DNA of 64,000 nt from Bacteroidia bacterium (GTDB taxonomy: Bacteria; Bacteroidota; Bacteroidia; NS11-12g; UBA9320). The stretch spans positions 192,001 to 256,000 of the forward strand of contig CBDCFW010000005.1 in the NCBI GenBank assembly GCA_965216465.1, written 5' to 3'. The stretch's first letter is position 1, and every line of letters begins with the position of its first letter. Below the pieces are notes generated by a model. The model made no database searches. It saw only the letters and a program-made list of their open reading frames with translations, and was not told where the DNA came from. Shown piece by piece: positions 20,365-32,857 of the stretch. The position numbers and the translations under genes were made by a program.

Positions 20365-21297
20365 ATGCTATCTACCAATCATTTACTCGGTATTAAAGAC
20401 ATTACTCCAGAAGACATTGATTTAATCTTTAAAACGGCTGATAACTTTAAGCAAGTTATTAATCGCCCAATTAAGAAAGTTCCTTCATTAAGAGATGTGA
20501 CCATTGCGAATGTTTTTTTCGAAAACTCAACGCGAACAAAGATTTCGTTTGAACTTGCTGAAAAAAGGCTATCGGCTGACGTCGTAAACTTTTCAAGCTC
20601 AAGTTCATCCGTTAAAAAGGGGGAAACGCTTATCGATACTGTAAATAACATCTTAGCGATGAAGGTTGACATGGTGGTGATGAGACACCCAGCACCAGGA
20701 GCTCATCAGTTTCTTTCAAGACACATCGATGCAAGCATTGTTAATGCGGGAGATGGAACACATGAACACCCTACTCAAGCTCTCCTTGATGCTTATTCGC
20801 TACGTGAGCAATTGGGGTCGTTGAAAAACAAGAAAATATTAATCGTTGGAGATATTTTACACTCACGAGTGGCACTGAGTAACATTTACTGCCTTCAAAA
20901 ACTTGGAGCTAAGGTTCGGGTGTGTGGACCTCCTACCCTTTTACCCAAATACATTGATAGCTTAGGCGTCGAGTCAAGTTACAATTTACAAGAAAGCTTA
21001 GAATGGTGCGATGCCGCCAATATGCTTAGAATTCAATTGGAAAGACAAGAAGACAAATACTTTCCTAGTCTTCGCGAATATTCACTTCAATATGGGCTCG
21101 ATTTAAACACCTTGAAAGGCTTAAGTAAAAAGATTGTGTTGATGCACCCAGGCCCTATTAATCGCGGTGTTGAAATAACAAGTGAAGTTGCCGATTCTGA
21201 CCAATCTATAATTTTAGATCAGGTTGAGAATGGAGTAGCTATAAGAATGGCAGTTCTCTATTTGCTTTCAGCTAAAAAAGGTCGAAATGAAAAGTAA
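20365..21297 (+). CDS. pyrB: Aspartate carbamoyltransferase catalytic subunit
   Basis: 310 aa; FFENSTRT, NAGDGTHEHPTQ, RIQLER, MHPGPINRGVE. Confidence 0.97.
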   Translation: MLSTNHLLGIKDITPEDIDLIFKTADNFKQVINRPIKKVPSLRDVTIANVFFENSTRTKISFELAEKRLSADVVNFSSSSSSVKKGETLIDTVNNILAMKVDMVVMRHPAPGAHQFLSRHIDASIVNAGDGTHEHPTQALLDAYSLREQLGSLKNKKILIVGDILHSRVALSNIYCLQKLGAKVRVCGPPTLLPKYIDSLGVESSYNLQESLEWCDAANMLRIQLERQEDKYFPSLREYSLQYGLDLNTLKGLSKKIVLMHPGPINRGVEITSEVADSDQSIILDQVENGVAIRMAVLYLLSAKKGRNEK

Positions 21298-22330
21298 GGT
21301 TTTTATATTGTATACGGGAGGAACCTTCGGCATGAAGAATGTTGAAGGCAAAGGGTTACAGCCCTCTTCTTGGGATGAGATCATCGACTATCTTCCGGCA
21401 ATAAAAAATCAAACTTTTTTCAACTACTTCTCTGAAATAGAATTCACATTTGAAACACTCAGTCCAGTGGTTGATTCTTCCGACATCACTCCTTCTTCAT
21501 GGGTGCGAATAGCTGATGCGATTGCAAAGAACTATGAGGAGCACGATGGTTTTATTGTTATTCACGGAACAGACACCTTGGCGTATACAAGTTCTGCTCT
21601 AAGTTTTATGCTTGAAAATTTAGCAAAACCCGTAGTGCTTACCGGTGCTCAGCTACCTATCTTTCATCCAAGAACAGACGGAATAGTAAACCTGAGCAAT
21701 GCCATCTACATTGCAGGTTATAAAAGTTTTAACCTTTCGTGTATCCCCGAAGTATGCATCTGTTTCAATGATGATCTACTTCGTGGAAATCGTGCAGTTA
21801 AAACAAGTACAAATGATTTTGAAGGATTTAGCTCACCAAATTTTGAAAACCTTGGAATCTTAGAACAAAGCATTACAATCAACGACAGTTTGCTCCAGCA
21901 ACTAAGTTTCGAAGATTTGCTTTTAAAGACCAATTTCAGCGACAAGGTGGTCAATGTAACGGTATTCCCAGGGTACAACTGCAATGTGCTTCTAAAATTA
22001 GTTGAGAACGACGCTATTGAAGGAATCGTTCTCAAAACTTTTGGTTCAGGCAACTTGCCACACAATGAAGATTGGATAAACCTAATCAAAAAATGTGAAG
22101 AGCATAACGTCATTATACTAGCGACTACTCAATGTCCAAATGGCCAAATCGAAATAGGGAGATATTCTTCGAGCAATATACTGAATAACCCCATTGTTGC
22201 CAGCGGAAACGACATCACTTCAGAGGCCGCACTAACCAAATTAATGTGGGTTATTGGCAATTTTAAATTCGAGGAGCGAATCGAAATGTTATCAAAAAAT
22301 CTACGTGGCGAAATTACTGCACGTAACTAA
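21287..22330 (+). CDS. ansA: Type I L-asparaginase
   Basis: 347 aa; YTGGT, HGTDT, LTGAQ, RGNRAVK, EAALTKLM. Confidence 0.9.
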   Translation: MKSKVFILYTGGTFGMKNVEGKGLQPSSWDEIIDYLPAIKNQTFFNYFSEIEFTFETLSPVVDSSDITPSSWVRIADAIAKNYEEHDGFIVIHGTDTLAYTSSALSFMLENLAKPVVLTGAQLPIFHPRTDGIVNLSNAIYIAGYKSFNLSCIPEVCICFNDDLLRGNRAVKTSTNDFEGFSSPNFENLGILEQSITINDSLLQQLSFEDLLLKTNFSDKVVNVTVFPGYNCNVLLKLVENDAIEGIVLKTFGSGNLPHNEDWINLIKKCEEHNVIILATTQCPNGQIEIGRYSSSNILNNPIVASGNDITSEAALTKLMWVIGNFKFEERIEMLSKNLRGEITARN

Positions 22331-22449
22331 CTGATTTTCAGACAAATAGATTAAATTTATTGTTAGTTGTTTGTGGATATTTACAAAGCTAACGCCCTTC
22401 GTATATCCTGCATTAAATTGTACTTTCACGCTTTATTTTTTAACTATAA

Positions 22450-24396
<1,947 letters not shown>

Positions 24397-24413
24397 ATGA
24401 TTTGTTTAACACG

Positions 24414-24445
24414 AAAAGAGGCGGTTTAATCACCGCCTTTTTTTT
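24414..24445. terminator. Probable bidirectional terminator between convergent gyrB and pfkA
   Basis: AGAGGCGGT/ACCGCCTTT stem, T8 on the + side and an A-run on the other side. Confidence 0.85.
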
Positions 24446-24446
24446 G

Positions 24447-25418
24447 TTATAGTGATAAGATATCAGCTAAATCAATCATGTTGCTGGCCACACGCTTTTT
24501 ACCGTTAATGGCTTCATCGAAGCTCGTATAACTAATTTCATTGCTAACAATTCCAATGGTTACAGAACGCTTACCGGCCAGTAAAGCATTCACCGATTCA
24601 GATCCCAATCTTGATGACAAGATTCTGTCACGTGCAGTTGGACTGCCACCTCGTTGAACGTGACCTAAAATTGTACTTCTAATCTTCAAATCAGGGTAAA
24701 TAGCCGTCAATTTCTTTTCTAAAATCAAAGCACCTCCTTGCTCATCTCCTTCAGCCACAACTATAATCGAGAATGTTTTCTTACGTTTATCAGGACGATT
24801 AAATTGTTCTATCATCTTGTCCCAATCCGTTTGATCTTCCGGAATCAACGCGGCTTCGGCCCCTCCAGCAATAGCCACATCCAAAGCAATAAAACCAGAA
24901 TCTCTTCCCATCACTTCAACAATAAACACACGTTCATGTGAATGTGCTGTATCTCTAATTCTATCTATCGCTTCTAGTGCAGTATTAATTGCAGTGTCGT
25001 AACCAATAGTAAAATCAGTACCATATAAATCGTTATCGATTGTTCCAGGTAGACCAACAATTGGAATTCCATATTCTTCACTGAAAATCATGGCTCCAGT
25101 GTACGACCCATTTCCTCCGATGCACACCAGAGCTTCTATTCCATGCTCTTGCAGGTTGGCAAAGGCTTCAGCCCTACCTTCCTTAGTTCTGAACGATTCA
25201 CTTCGAGCTGTTTTTAAGAAAGTTCCTCCTCGCTGAATGATATTGGCTACTGATTGCCTATTCAAATCAATAATATCGTTTTGAATCATTCCTTCATATC
25301 CTCTCTTAATGCCTTTCACTTTTAATCCATGATAAATTGCTGTTCTTACCACAGCACGTATGCAGGCGTTCATTCCTGGAGCATCACCTCCAGATGTATA
25401 GACTCCGATTGTCTTCAT
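24447..25418 (-). CDS. pfkA: ATP-dependent 6-phosphofructokinase
   Basis: 323 aa; TSGGDAPGMN, PGTIDND, EVMGR, LGHVQRGG. Confidence 0.97.
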   Translation of the reverse strand: MKTIGVYTSGGDAPGMNACIRAVVRTAIYHGLKVKGIKRGYEGMIQNDIIDLNRQSVANIIQRGGTFLKTARSESFRTKEGRAEAFANLQEHGIEALVCIGGNGSYTGAMIFSEEYGIPIVGLPGTIDNDLYGTDFTIGYDTAINTALEAIDRIRDTAHSHERVFIVEVMGRDSGFIALDVAIAGGAEAALIPEDQTDWDKMIEQFNRPDKRKKTFSIIVVAEGDEQGGALILEKKLTAIYPDLKIRSTILGHVQRGGSPTARDRILSSRLGSESVNALLAGKRSVTIGIVSNEISYTSFDEAINGKKRVASNMIDLADILSL

Positions 25419-25518
25419 TGGCTGCTAAAATAGGAAAACAGAAAATATATGCGATTGTTTTTCTTCTTAATTAATACATCAAAAATGTCAATATTTATTT
25501 CTACCAATTATTGGGTAC

Positions 25519-25548
25519 AAAAAAAAGGGAGGACCATGGCCCTCCCTT
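25519..25548 (-). terminator. Intrinsic terminator after the lipoprotein gene
   Basis: AAGGGAGG/CCTCCCTT stem with a long T-run on the minus strand. Confidence 0.85.
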
Positions 25549-25570
25549 GTAAATTCTTTATATAGTTCGC

Positions 25571-26434
25571 TTACGGTGCGTACTTGTAAATAAATTGGAT
25601 GTAATCGTTGTTATCACTTGGAGTTTCAACAACATCAGTAATCTCGATTAATGCAATTTTACCGCTGTTTTTAATGTTGATTAGGTAAGTTTCACCTTTA
25701 GCTGGGTTAATTACAGACTCAGCAGCTCCAAGCTCATCCCACGCAGCATTTAATGCAGTTTCGTTGCTCATATTTGCCCAAGTGTGAGTTGTAGTTGATT
25801 TGAAAGTAGAACCGTTTCTAGAAGTCCAACGTGCAGGCCAGTTAGGAAGGTCGTTGTTGCTAGTAGAATCTTGAATATCTTTAAAAGAGTTAGGATCTCC
25901 GCTGCTTAAAGGACCAGCACCAATTTGGTATGCACCTAGCTTAGTTCCTTGGAAGTTATAAACTCTAAATGGAGTACCTGCGTCGTCAGTAAACTCAATT
26001 AAGCTTGCTCCTGGATCACCTAAATTAGTAATGGTAATGCTCTTAGTTGTTGCATTTCCATCTTTATCAGTAATGGTAAAGCTCCATTTCTCAGAACCAG
26101 CATTTACACCAGTAGTTCCTGTGAAATCAACTCTTAAATCTTTTGTATCGATTGTTGAGTCACAAAGTGAGCAATTTGCTGGAACTAACTCATCACCTCC
26201 ATCATAAGAAACAGTGATGTTTAGTCCAACCATCTTAGAAACGTGAGACGCACTAATTCCAACTTTGAATTCTTGTTGAGCAGATAAGCTAATATCGCTA
26301 GAAACGTATTCGCCGTCGCCAATAAATTCAAGTACTGGTGAAGGGTCTACCTCTTCAACAGGTCCACAGCTAGTCACGAAAATAGAACCTAGTCCTACAA
26401 CTGCTAGTAATGAGAATAATTTGATGTTTTTCAT
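25571..26434 (-). CDS. Hypothetical (probably surface) lipoprotein
   Basis: 287 aa; lipobox VTSC followed by acidic GPVEEVD; own TATCTTTG promoter (26452-26459) and terminator; biased codon usage. Confidence 0.8.
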   Translation of the reverse strand: MKNIKLFSLLAVVGLGSIFVTSCGPVEEVDPSPVLEFIGDGEYVSSDISLSAQQEFKVGISASHVSKMVGLNITVSYDGGDELVPANCSLCDSTIDTKDLRVDFTGTTGVNAGSEKWSFTITDKDGNATTKSITITNLGDPGASLIEFTDDAGTPFRVYNFQGTKLGAYQIGAGPLSSGDPNSFKDIQDSTSNNDLPNWPARWTSRNGSTFKSTTTHTWANMSNETALNAAWDELGAAESVINPAKGETYLINIKNSGKIALIEITDVVETPSDNNDYIQFIYKYAP

Positions 26435-26537
26435 TTTTATAGTTTGTGGTGCAAAGATATAATGTTAATTATTTATTGGAACTATAATTTGCATTCTTGC
26501 TCAATTCTTACAAACCTTGTGTGCAACAAACATTTAC

Positions 26538-28280
26538 ATGGTTTTAACGAGCTTAGATTTTATCATTATTGGGTTGTTTATTTTAATAACCTTGGCACTT
26601 GGCTGGTACGCGAAAAGCACTGCAAATCAAGGACTTGAAGGGTTCTTTTTAGGCGGAAAGAACCTCCCATGGTACTTGGCCGGTTTAAGCATGGTTGCAA
26701 CCACATTTGCTGCCGATACCCCGCTTGCAGTTACTGAATTGGTTGCTCAAAATGGTATTTCTGGAAACTGGGTGTGGTGGAATATGCTTTTGGGAGGAAT
26801 GTTTACTGCGGTTTTCTATGCTCAACTTTGGCGAAGAAGTGGTGTTGTTACGGATGCTGAATTCATTACGCTTCGCTATGCTGGAAAGCCTGCTCAATGG
26901 CTTAAAAAATTCAAAGCAGTATATCTAGGCTTGTTCATGAATGCCATCATCCTGGCATGGGTAAACTTAGCTTTAATGGCAATACTTGAAGTGTTTTTCG
27001 GAATAACAGGTGTAGATCTCTACATCTATACCGGAATTGCCATGTTAATGGTAGCTGGATATTCTGCCTTATCAGGACTGCTTGGCGTTGCTTTAACCGA
27101 TGCCTTCCAATTCTTTATTGCCCTCACCGGTTGTATTGTTTTGGCTGTACTCGTAGTAAATTCAGATCAAATAGGAGGAATATCCGCACTAAAAGAAGCT
27201 TTACCTGAAGGTAGCCTCAAAATTACTCCAGGAATAAATAGCTCATCCAGTTCTACGCTTACTATGGGTCTCGCCTCATTTATTGCCTTTGCCGGAATGG
27301 TTTGGTGGTCATCTTGGTACCCAGGTGCAGAACCCGGAGGAGGAGGTTATATCGCACAAAGGATGTTCAGTACAAAAAATGAGAAACATTCATTTCTAGC
27401 GACCTTCTTCTTTCAACTTGCCCACTATGGCCTTCGCCCTTGGCCATGGATCATTGTTGCCTTATGCTCTGTAATTTTATATCCAGATCTGGCACCTGCA
27501 GACCAAAAACTGGGCTTTGTAATGGCCATGAAGGATTTCCTTCCAGCGGGAATGCGTGGTTTATTACTCGTTGCCTTTCTTGGAGCCTATATGAGTACCG
27601 TGTCAACCCACCTTAACTGGGGAGCCAGTTATATCGTAAATGACGTTTGGAATAATAGGGGGAAGTCAGATAAGTCTATCGTAAAGGTTTCAAGGATTAC
27701 CACTTTTGCTATTATGATAATAGCCATGGCTGTAACAACCCAAGTTACATCTATCAGTGGAGTTTGGGAGTTTATTATGGAATGTGGAGCAGGACTTGGA
27801 CTACTGCTCATGCTACGATGGTTTTGGTTCAGAATAAGTGCTTGGGCTGAAATTGCAGCAACAGTCACCCCTTTTATTGTCTATGCAATCTTGAAATTTG
27901 GTTTGTCTGAACAATTCCCCAATTTGAAAGAGTCTATTTCTACAGATCCAACATCCTTTTTCATTACCGTTGGGGTAACCACACTTGTTTGGGTTGTTAT
28001 AAGCTTGCTAAGCCCTAAACACAACGAGCAAATTGAGACTTTTAAGGCGAAAATTTATCCTGAAGGTTTCAATCAATTTAGATTAAAGATTCCTTATCTA
28101 TTCACGGCATGGATTGGAGGAATTGCAATTGTGTATTCGTTCTTATTTATGGTTGGTAAGATTATATTCAAGGATTGGAACATGGCATTGATATTCATAG
28201 CAACCTTTGTCCTTGGAGCTCTTCTCTTTTACTTTTCGGCTAACAAAGCTGGTCTCTTTAAGTCAAAATCTGCGACATAA
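26538..28280 (+). CDS. Sodium:solute symporter family protein
   Basis: Multi-TM; FFLGGKNLPW, SMVATTFAADTP, GGYIAQRM, AYMSTVSTHLNWG; ATG 26538 preferred over the track's TTG 26517. Confidence 0.9.
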   Translation: MVLTSLDFIIIGLFILITLALGWYAKSTANQGLEGFFLGGKNLPWYLAGLSMVATTFAADTPLAVTELVAQNGISGNWVWWNMLLGGMFTAVFYAQLWRRSGVVTDAEFITLRYAGKPAQWLKKFKAVYLGLFMNAIILAWVNLALMAILEVFFGITGVDLYIYTGIAMLMVAGYSALSGLLGVALTDAFQFFIALTGCIVLAVLVVNSDQIGGISALKEALPEGSLKITPGINSSSSSTLTMGLASFIAFAGMVWWSSWYPGAEPGGGGYIAQRMFSTKNEKHSFLATFFFQLAHYGLRPWPWIIVALCSVILYPDLAPADQKLGFVMAMKDFLPAGMRGLLLVAFLGAYMSTVSTHLNWGASYIVNDVWNNRGKSDKSIVKVSRITTFAIMIIAMAVTTQVTSISGVWEFIMECGAGLGLLLMLRWFWFRISAWAEIAATVTPFIVYAILKFGLSEQFPNLKESISTDPTSFFITVGVTTLVWVVISLLSPKHNEQIETFKAKIYPEGFNQFRLKIPYLFTAWIGGIAIVYSFLFMVGKIIFKDWNMALIFIATFVLGALLFYFSANKAGLFKSKSAT

Positions 28281-28364
28281 AGCATGTAAGTTTCTTGTGG
28301 CACACCGTTTGTCTTATATAGTATCACGTTGAATATTTACCTAAAAAGGTGACAACTTGACAAT

Positions 28365-30824
28365 ATGACATTTGATAATAGATTTACACTTGTAGACGAT
28401 TTTCTAGGCGATGAGGATGGTACTGAGATCATTTCAGTAGTTGCAGATAGCGATTTTGAAGATGACAATAAAGGTGACTATCCTGCGAACCTGCCAATAT
28501 TACCTTTAAGAAATACAGTACTCTTTCCAGGGGTTGTATTTCCGGTAACAGTTGGCCGCGACAAATCGATTAAGCTTATTAACGACGCCTACAAAACGGA
28601 TAAAACAATAGGAGTTGTAGCACAAAAAGATCAAGCTACAGAAGACCCTCGACCTCAAGATATTTACAAGACCGGTACCTTGGCCCGTATTGTAAAACTG
28701 CTTAAAATGCCCGATGGTAATATTACAGTTATCATTCAAGGCAAGCGTAAGTTTGAGTTAACAGAGGTAACTGAAGAACATCCTTATTTGAGAGCAAATA
28801 TTACCGGTATATCTGAAGCAAAAGCTGAAGAAGGCAAAGAAACAAACGCCACTGTTGACAGCATTCGAGAACTGGCTTCTAAGATTGTAGAGATTTCTCC
28901 TAACATCCCTTCAGAGGCCAACTTTGCACTTAAAAATATCAACTCTCCTAACTTCTTGGTGAACTTTATTTCATCAAACTTAAATGTATCTGTTGATGAA
29001 AAACAAGAGATTTTGGAGCAAGATTCGTTTAGCAACAAAGCAAATCGTGTTTTGATGCATCTTGACAAAGAGTTGCAAGTTCTTGAACTTAAAAACAAGA
29101 TTCAAAGCAAGGTAAAAGTTGATCTTGACCAACAGCAAAAAGAGTATTACCTGCAACAACAAATCAGAGCCATTCAAGAAGAACTAGGTCACGATTCTCC
29201 GGATAAAGAAATTGAGAACCTAAGAGCTCGAGGTCTGAAAAAGAAATGGAACGAAAAAGTTGCCAAAGCGTTTAATAAAGAACTCGATAGATTACTTCGT
29301 ATGAATTCGGCAACTCCAGATTACTCTGTGAGTTTGAATTATGCGGAAACGCTACTTGAACTTCCGTGGAACGAGTTTAGCGACGACAACTTCGACCTTA
29401 AAAACGCACGTAAGGTTCTAGATGCTGATCACTTCGGTCTTGAAAAGGTTAAAGAAAGAATTCTCGAATACTTGGCCGTTCTTAAACTAAAGGGCGACAT
29501 GAAAAGTCCTATACTTTGTCTATACGGCCCTCCAGGTGTTGGTAAAACATCACTTGGTAAGTCTATTGCCAAAGCTATGGGAAGAGAATATGTTCGAATG
29601 AGCTTAGGAGGTCTTCATGACGAAGCTGAACTTAGAGGTCACCGTAAAACCTACATTGGTGCGATGCCCGGTCGAATTATTCAGAGTTTGAAAAAAGCGG
29701 GAACCAGCAATCCAATTTTTGTTTTAGATGAGATTGATAAAATCGGAAATGACTTCAGAGGAGACCCTTCTTCTGCCCTTCTCGAAATTTTAGATCCTGA
29801 ACAAAACAATGCTTTTCACGACAATTATGTTGAATTAGACTATGACCTAAGCAATGTGTTGTTTATTGCAACTGCTAACAGACTTGACACCATACAGCCC
29901 GCATTGCGTGACCGTATGGAGATAATCGATATCAGTGGTTATACGGTTGAAGAAAAAGTTGGAATTGCTAAAAAGCACCTCTTACCTAAACAGAAAAGAG
30001 AGCACGGATTAAAAGCTAATCAATTGAAGTTGGCGGATAAAACTTTAGAAAAGGTTATCGAAGAATACACACGAGAAAGTGGAGTAAGAACACTCGATAA
30101 GCGTCTTGCTAAAATTAGTCGCCACCAGGCTAAAGAAATTGTTTACGAAAACAATCCAAAGCCAACGATAACCGCTAAACAAATTGAGGAGATATTAGGC
30201 TACGAAAAGATTGAAAAAGATCTTTACGAAAACAATGATGTTGCTGGTGTAGTTACTGGATTAGCGTGGACAAGTGTTGGAGGAGACATTCTTTTTGTTG
30301 AAAGCACGTTGACCAAAGGTAAAGGCAAGGTTACACTCACCGGACAACTGGGTGACGTTATGAAAGAAAGTGCTATCACAGCAACCACGTGGTTAAAGGC
30401 AAATGCAGATCAGTTTGGTATTGATCCATTGATATTTGACCAATATGACATCCACGTACACTTCCCAGCCGGAGCTGTACCAAAAGATGGACCAAGTGCT
30501 GGTATAACTATTCTTACATCTCTAGCTTCACTGATTACACAACGTAAAGTAAAAAGTAAGTTAGCGATGACTGGAGAGATTACCCTTCGTGGTAAGGTTC
30601 TTCCTGTCGGTGGAATAAAAGAGAAAATTTTGGCAGCAAAAAGAGCTGGTATTAAAGAAATCATTATGTGTAAAGCAAATAAGCGTGACATTGATGATAT
30701 AAAACCATCGTACATTTCAGATTTGAAATTTCACTTTGTAGAAAAAATGGAAGACGTGTTAAAGCATGCTCTTTTGAACCAAAAAGTGAAGGAGCATCGC
30801 ACGTTTGAAATAACAAAAGCCTAA
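28365..30824 (+). CDS. lon: Lon protease
   Basis: 819 aa; LPLRNTVLFP, GPPGVGKT, LDEIDK, PKDGPSAG, PVGGIKEK. Confidence 0.97.
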   Translation: MTFDNRFTLVDDFLGDEDGTEIISVVADSDFEDDNKGDYPANLPILPLRNTVLFPGVVFPVTVGRDKSIKLINDAYKTDKTIGVVAQKDQATEDPRPQDIYKTGTLARIVKLLKMPDGNITVIIQGKRKFELTEVTEEHPYLRANITGISEAKAEEGKETNATVDSIRELASKIVEISPNIPSEANFALKNINSPNFLVNFISSNLNVSVDEKQEILEQDSFSNKANRVLMHLDKELQVLELKNKIQSKVKVDLDQQQKEYYLQQQIRAIQEELGHDSPDKEIENLRARGLKKKWNEKVAKAFNKELDRLLRMNSATPDYSVSLNYAETLLELPWNEFSDDNFDLKNARKVLDADHFGLEKVKERILEYLAVLKLKGDMKSPILCLYGPPGVGKTSLGKSIAKAMGREYVRMSLGGLHDEAELRGHRKTYIGAMPGRIIQSLKKAGTSNPIFVLDEIDKIGNDFRGDPSSALLEILDPEQNNAFHDNYVELDYDLSNVLFIATANRLDTIQPALRDRMEIIDISGYTVEEKVGIAKKHLLPKQKREHGLKANQLKLADKTLEKVIEEYTRESGVRTLDKRLAKISRHQAKEIVYENNPKPTITAKQIEEILGYEKIEKDLYENNDVAGVVTGLAWTSVGGDILFVESTLTKGKGKVTLTGQLGDVMKESAITATTWLKANADQFGIDPLIFDQYDIHVHFPAGAVPKDGPSAGITILTSLASLITQRKVKSKLAMTGEITLRGKVLPVGGIKEKILAAKRAGIKEIIMCKANKRDIDDIKPSYISDLKFHFVEKMEDVLKHALLNQKVKEHRTFEITKA

Positions 30825-32116
30825 GGAATCAGGTACTTAATCCAATCTGCAATTTCGTAGATTACCGTTTCGTTGACATTATTGGGTAGAAAATAGTCGT
30901 TTGGACTAGGTTTTTCTGCCTCTGTTGGGGTGAAGAGATGCGTAAGATTTGGAAAGCTTAGCATTCTTACATTGGCTTGATTGCCAACAGAATCCTTCCA
31001 AATATTAAAATCAACCATAGTGATTTGATAATCCTTCTCCCCCTGTAAGATTAAAAAAGGAGTTTCCGTATTTTCTTTTACCGTGGTCACTGGATTATAA
31101 TCCTCTATGCCCTTCCAAAAAGTGCCGGGCCAATAGGCCAATAGGTCATCTGAACTGGTATTTTCTGAATAGTTGCCTTCTCTGATTCGTTGAGCTTTCA
31201 GCTTGTTTTCTTCAATAATTTTTGCTTCCTCGGAAGATATGGTTCCATCAAAATTGGTCAGGTAGTCCATTTGATATTCAATAAGATCTTCTAATCGTCT
31301 GGCATTTGAAGACAATAGAACAGCTCCATCGAGCACGTCAAGTGAATCTGCAATCAATGGCATAGCGTAAGCACCCAAACTGTGTCCAAGCATAATCACT
31401 TTTCCAAAATGCAACGAAGTATCTGCTTGAATTGCATGGTAAGCTGCAATTGCATCGTCGATGGTTTCGTCGTATAAATCAAATTGGCCACCCATTAGCT
31501 CTGGATAAACATTAAATCTTTTATCGTATCTAAAACTGGCTATTCCTTTGCTTGCCAAGCCTAATGCTAAGTCTTTAAACACCTTGTTAGGACCGATGGT
31601 TTCATCTTTATCATTGGGTCCGCTGCCGTGCACCATAATTACTATGGGACAGCTATTACAGGTTACGGGAATGATTAATTCACCGTTCAATTCAAGGCTA
31701 TCGCTCTTGAACATAATGAATCGCTTGCCGGTCTTAAGCTCTTGGGCATAAGGCGGCAACGAGTAACCCATGATACTTATAAAGAGTCCAGAAATTTTGC
31801 CTTCTTCTGATTCTGAAACAACCAGTTTTAGTGCAGCTTCTTTAAGCTTGATTATTCCTGTTTGTGTGGTTCGACCATCTGACTCCTTTACTTGAATATC
31901 ATCTAAGCTAACGAACTTTCCAGCTTTAAGTTCCAAATCCTCCCAAGTTGATTTCAACTGATCCTTTGGAACACTGCTTTTCATTCGGTCATCGAAGCAA
32001 CGATAAATTTTTCCGTATTTGTGCTTCGAAAATTGTTCAGCAACATGTTCAATGGCAAGTTGGCCAAAGCCAAGTTGAGAAACCAGGAGAACCAAAATTA
32101 TGAGGAATGTGCGCAT
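30821..32116 (-). CDS. Secreted alpha/beta hydrolase with N-terminal DUF3887-like domain
   Basis: 431 aa; VHGSGPND, RYDKR, GHSLG nucleophile elbow, QGEKDYQ, LTHLF. Confidence 0.85.
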   Translation of the reverse strand: MRTFLIILVLLVSQLGFGQLAIEHVAEQFSKHKYGKIYRCFDDRMKSSVPKDQLKSTWEDLELKAGKFVSLDDIQVKESDGRTTQTGIIKLKEAALKLVVSESEEGKISGLFISIMGYSLPPYAQELKTGKRFIMFKSDSLELNGELIIPVTCNSCPIVIMVHGSGPNDKDETIGPNKVFKDLALGLASKGIASFRYDKRFNVYPELMGGQFDLYDETIDDAIAAYHAIQADTSLHFGKVIMLGHSLGAYAMPLIADSLDVLDGAVLLSSNARRLEDLIEYQMDYLTNFDGTISSEEAKIIEENKLKAQRIREGNYSENTSSDDLLAYWPGTFWKGIEDYNPVTTVKENTETPFLILQGEKDYQITMVDFNIWKDSVGNQANVRMLSFPNLTHLFTPTEAEKPSPNDYFLPNNVNETVIYEIADWIKYLIP

Positions 32117-32128
32117 ATGTATAAGAGT

Positions 32129-32857
32129 TTAGTATTGATATTTATCATACTTGCGAAGCTGTTTAACGAAAACCCCAAAGTCTTTGGTATAATCGGCTTT
32201 AACTTCAATTTCAGTTCCATCCAAATCTGAAAGCTTCATTGAATATGCATGCAATGCGAACCTATTGATCATGGGTTGTTCTTCACCTGTACGCGATAAT
32301 GAAAATTTCCGTTTCAACTTCGAAAGAAAAGGGAAACTTCCTCCGTAAACCTCGTCTCCGGCAATCGGTGCTTGTTGAGATGCAAGATGTATTCTAATCT
32401 GATGCAATCTGCCACTTTCAGGTTCACAAGAAACTAAAGAATAGTTGCCAAAGTTTTCAATGGTATTGAACACCGTTCGGCTTGCTTTACCGCGGTTATG
32501 GTTGATGGAACTTCGTCCACTTCTGGTAACAACCAATGGTAGGTTAACTTCGAAATCTTCGAAGTTGTGCATGCCTTCGCAAACCGCATGATAAACCTTT
32601 TTTACCTTGCGCTTCTCGAACTGAACCGCTGCTTGCTTGTAGGCATCATTGTGCTTTGAAATCAGCAGAATACCACTTGTGTCTTTATCCAAACGATGGC
32701 ACAATTGGTAAGCTTCGTTCATGCGTTTTGCAGCTTCAAAAACAGATTCTGCAATGCCTATACGCTCATGCAAACTTGAAACGCCCGCAGGCTTATTGAC
32801 CCCAATATAGTTGTCATTTTCAAAAACAATATGATCTTTTAATCGTAGTCTTTTCAA
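32129..32857 (-). CDS. RluA-family RNA pseudouridine synthase (no S4 domain)
   Basis: 242 aa; NKPAG, HRLDKDTSG, GRLHQIRIH, GDEVYG, LHA. Confidence 0.92.
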   Translation of the reverse strand: MKRLRLKDHIVFENDNYIGVNKPAGVSSLHERIGIAESVFEAAKRMNEAYQLCHRLDKDTSGILLISKHNDAYKQAAVQFEKRKVKKVYHAVCEGMHNFEDFEVNLPLVVTRSGRSSINHNRGKASRTVFNTIENFGNYSLVSCEPESGRLHQIRIHLASQQAPIAGDEVYGGSFPFLSKLKRKFSLSRTGEEQPMINRFALHAYSMKLSDLDGTEIEVKADYTKDFGVFVKQLRKYDKYQY

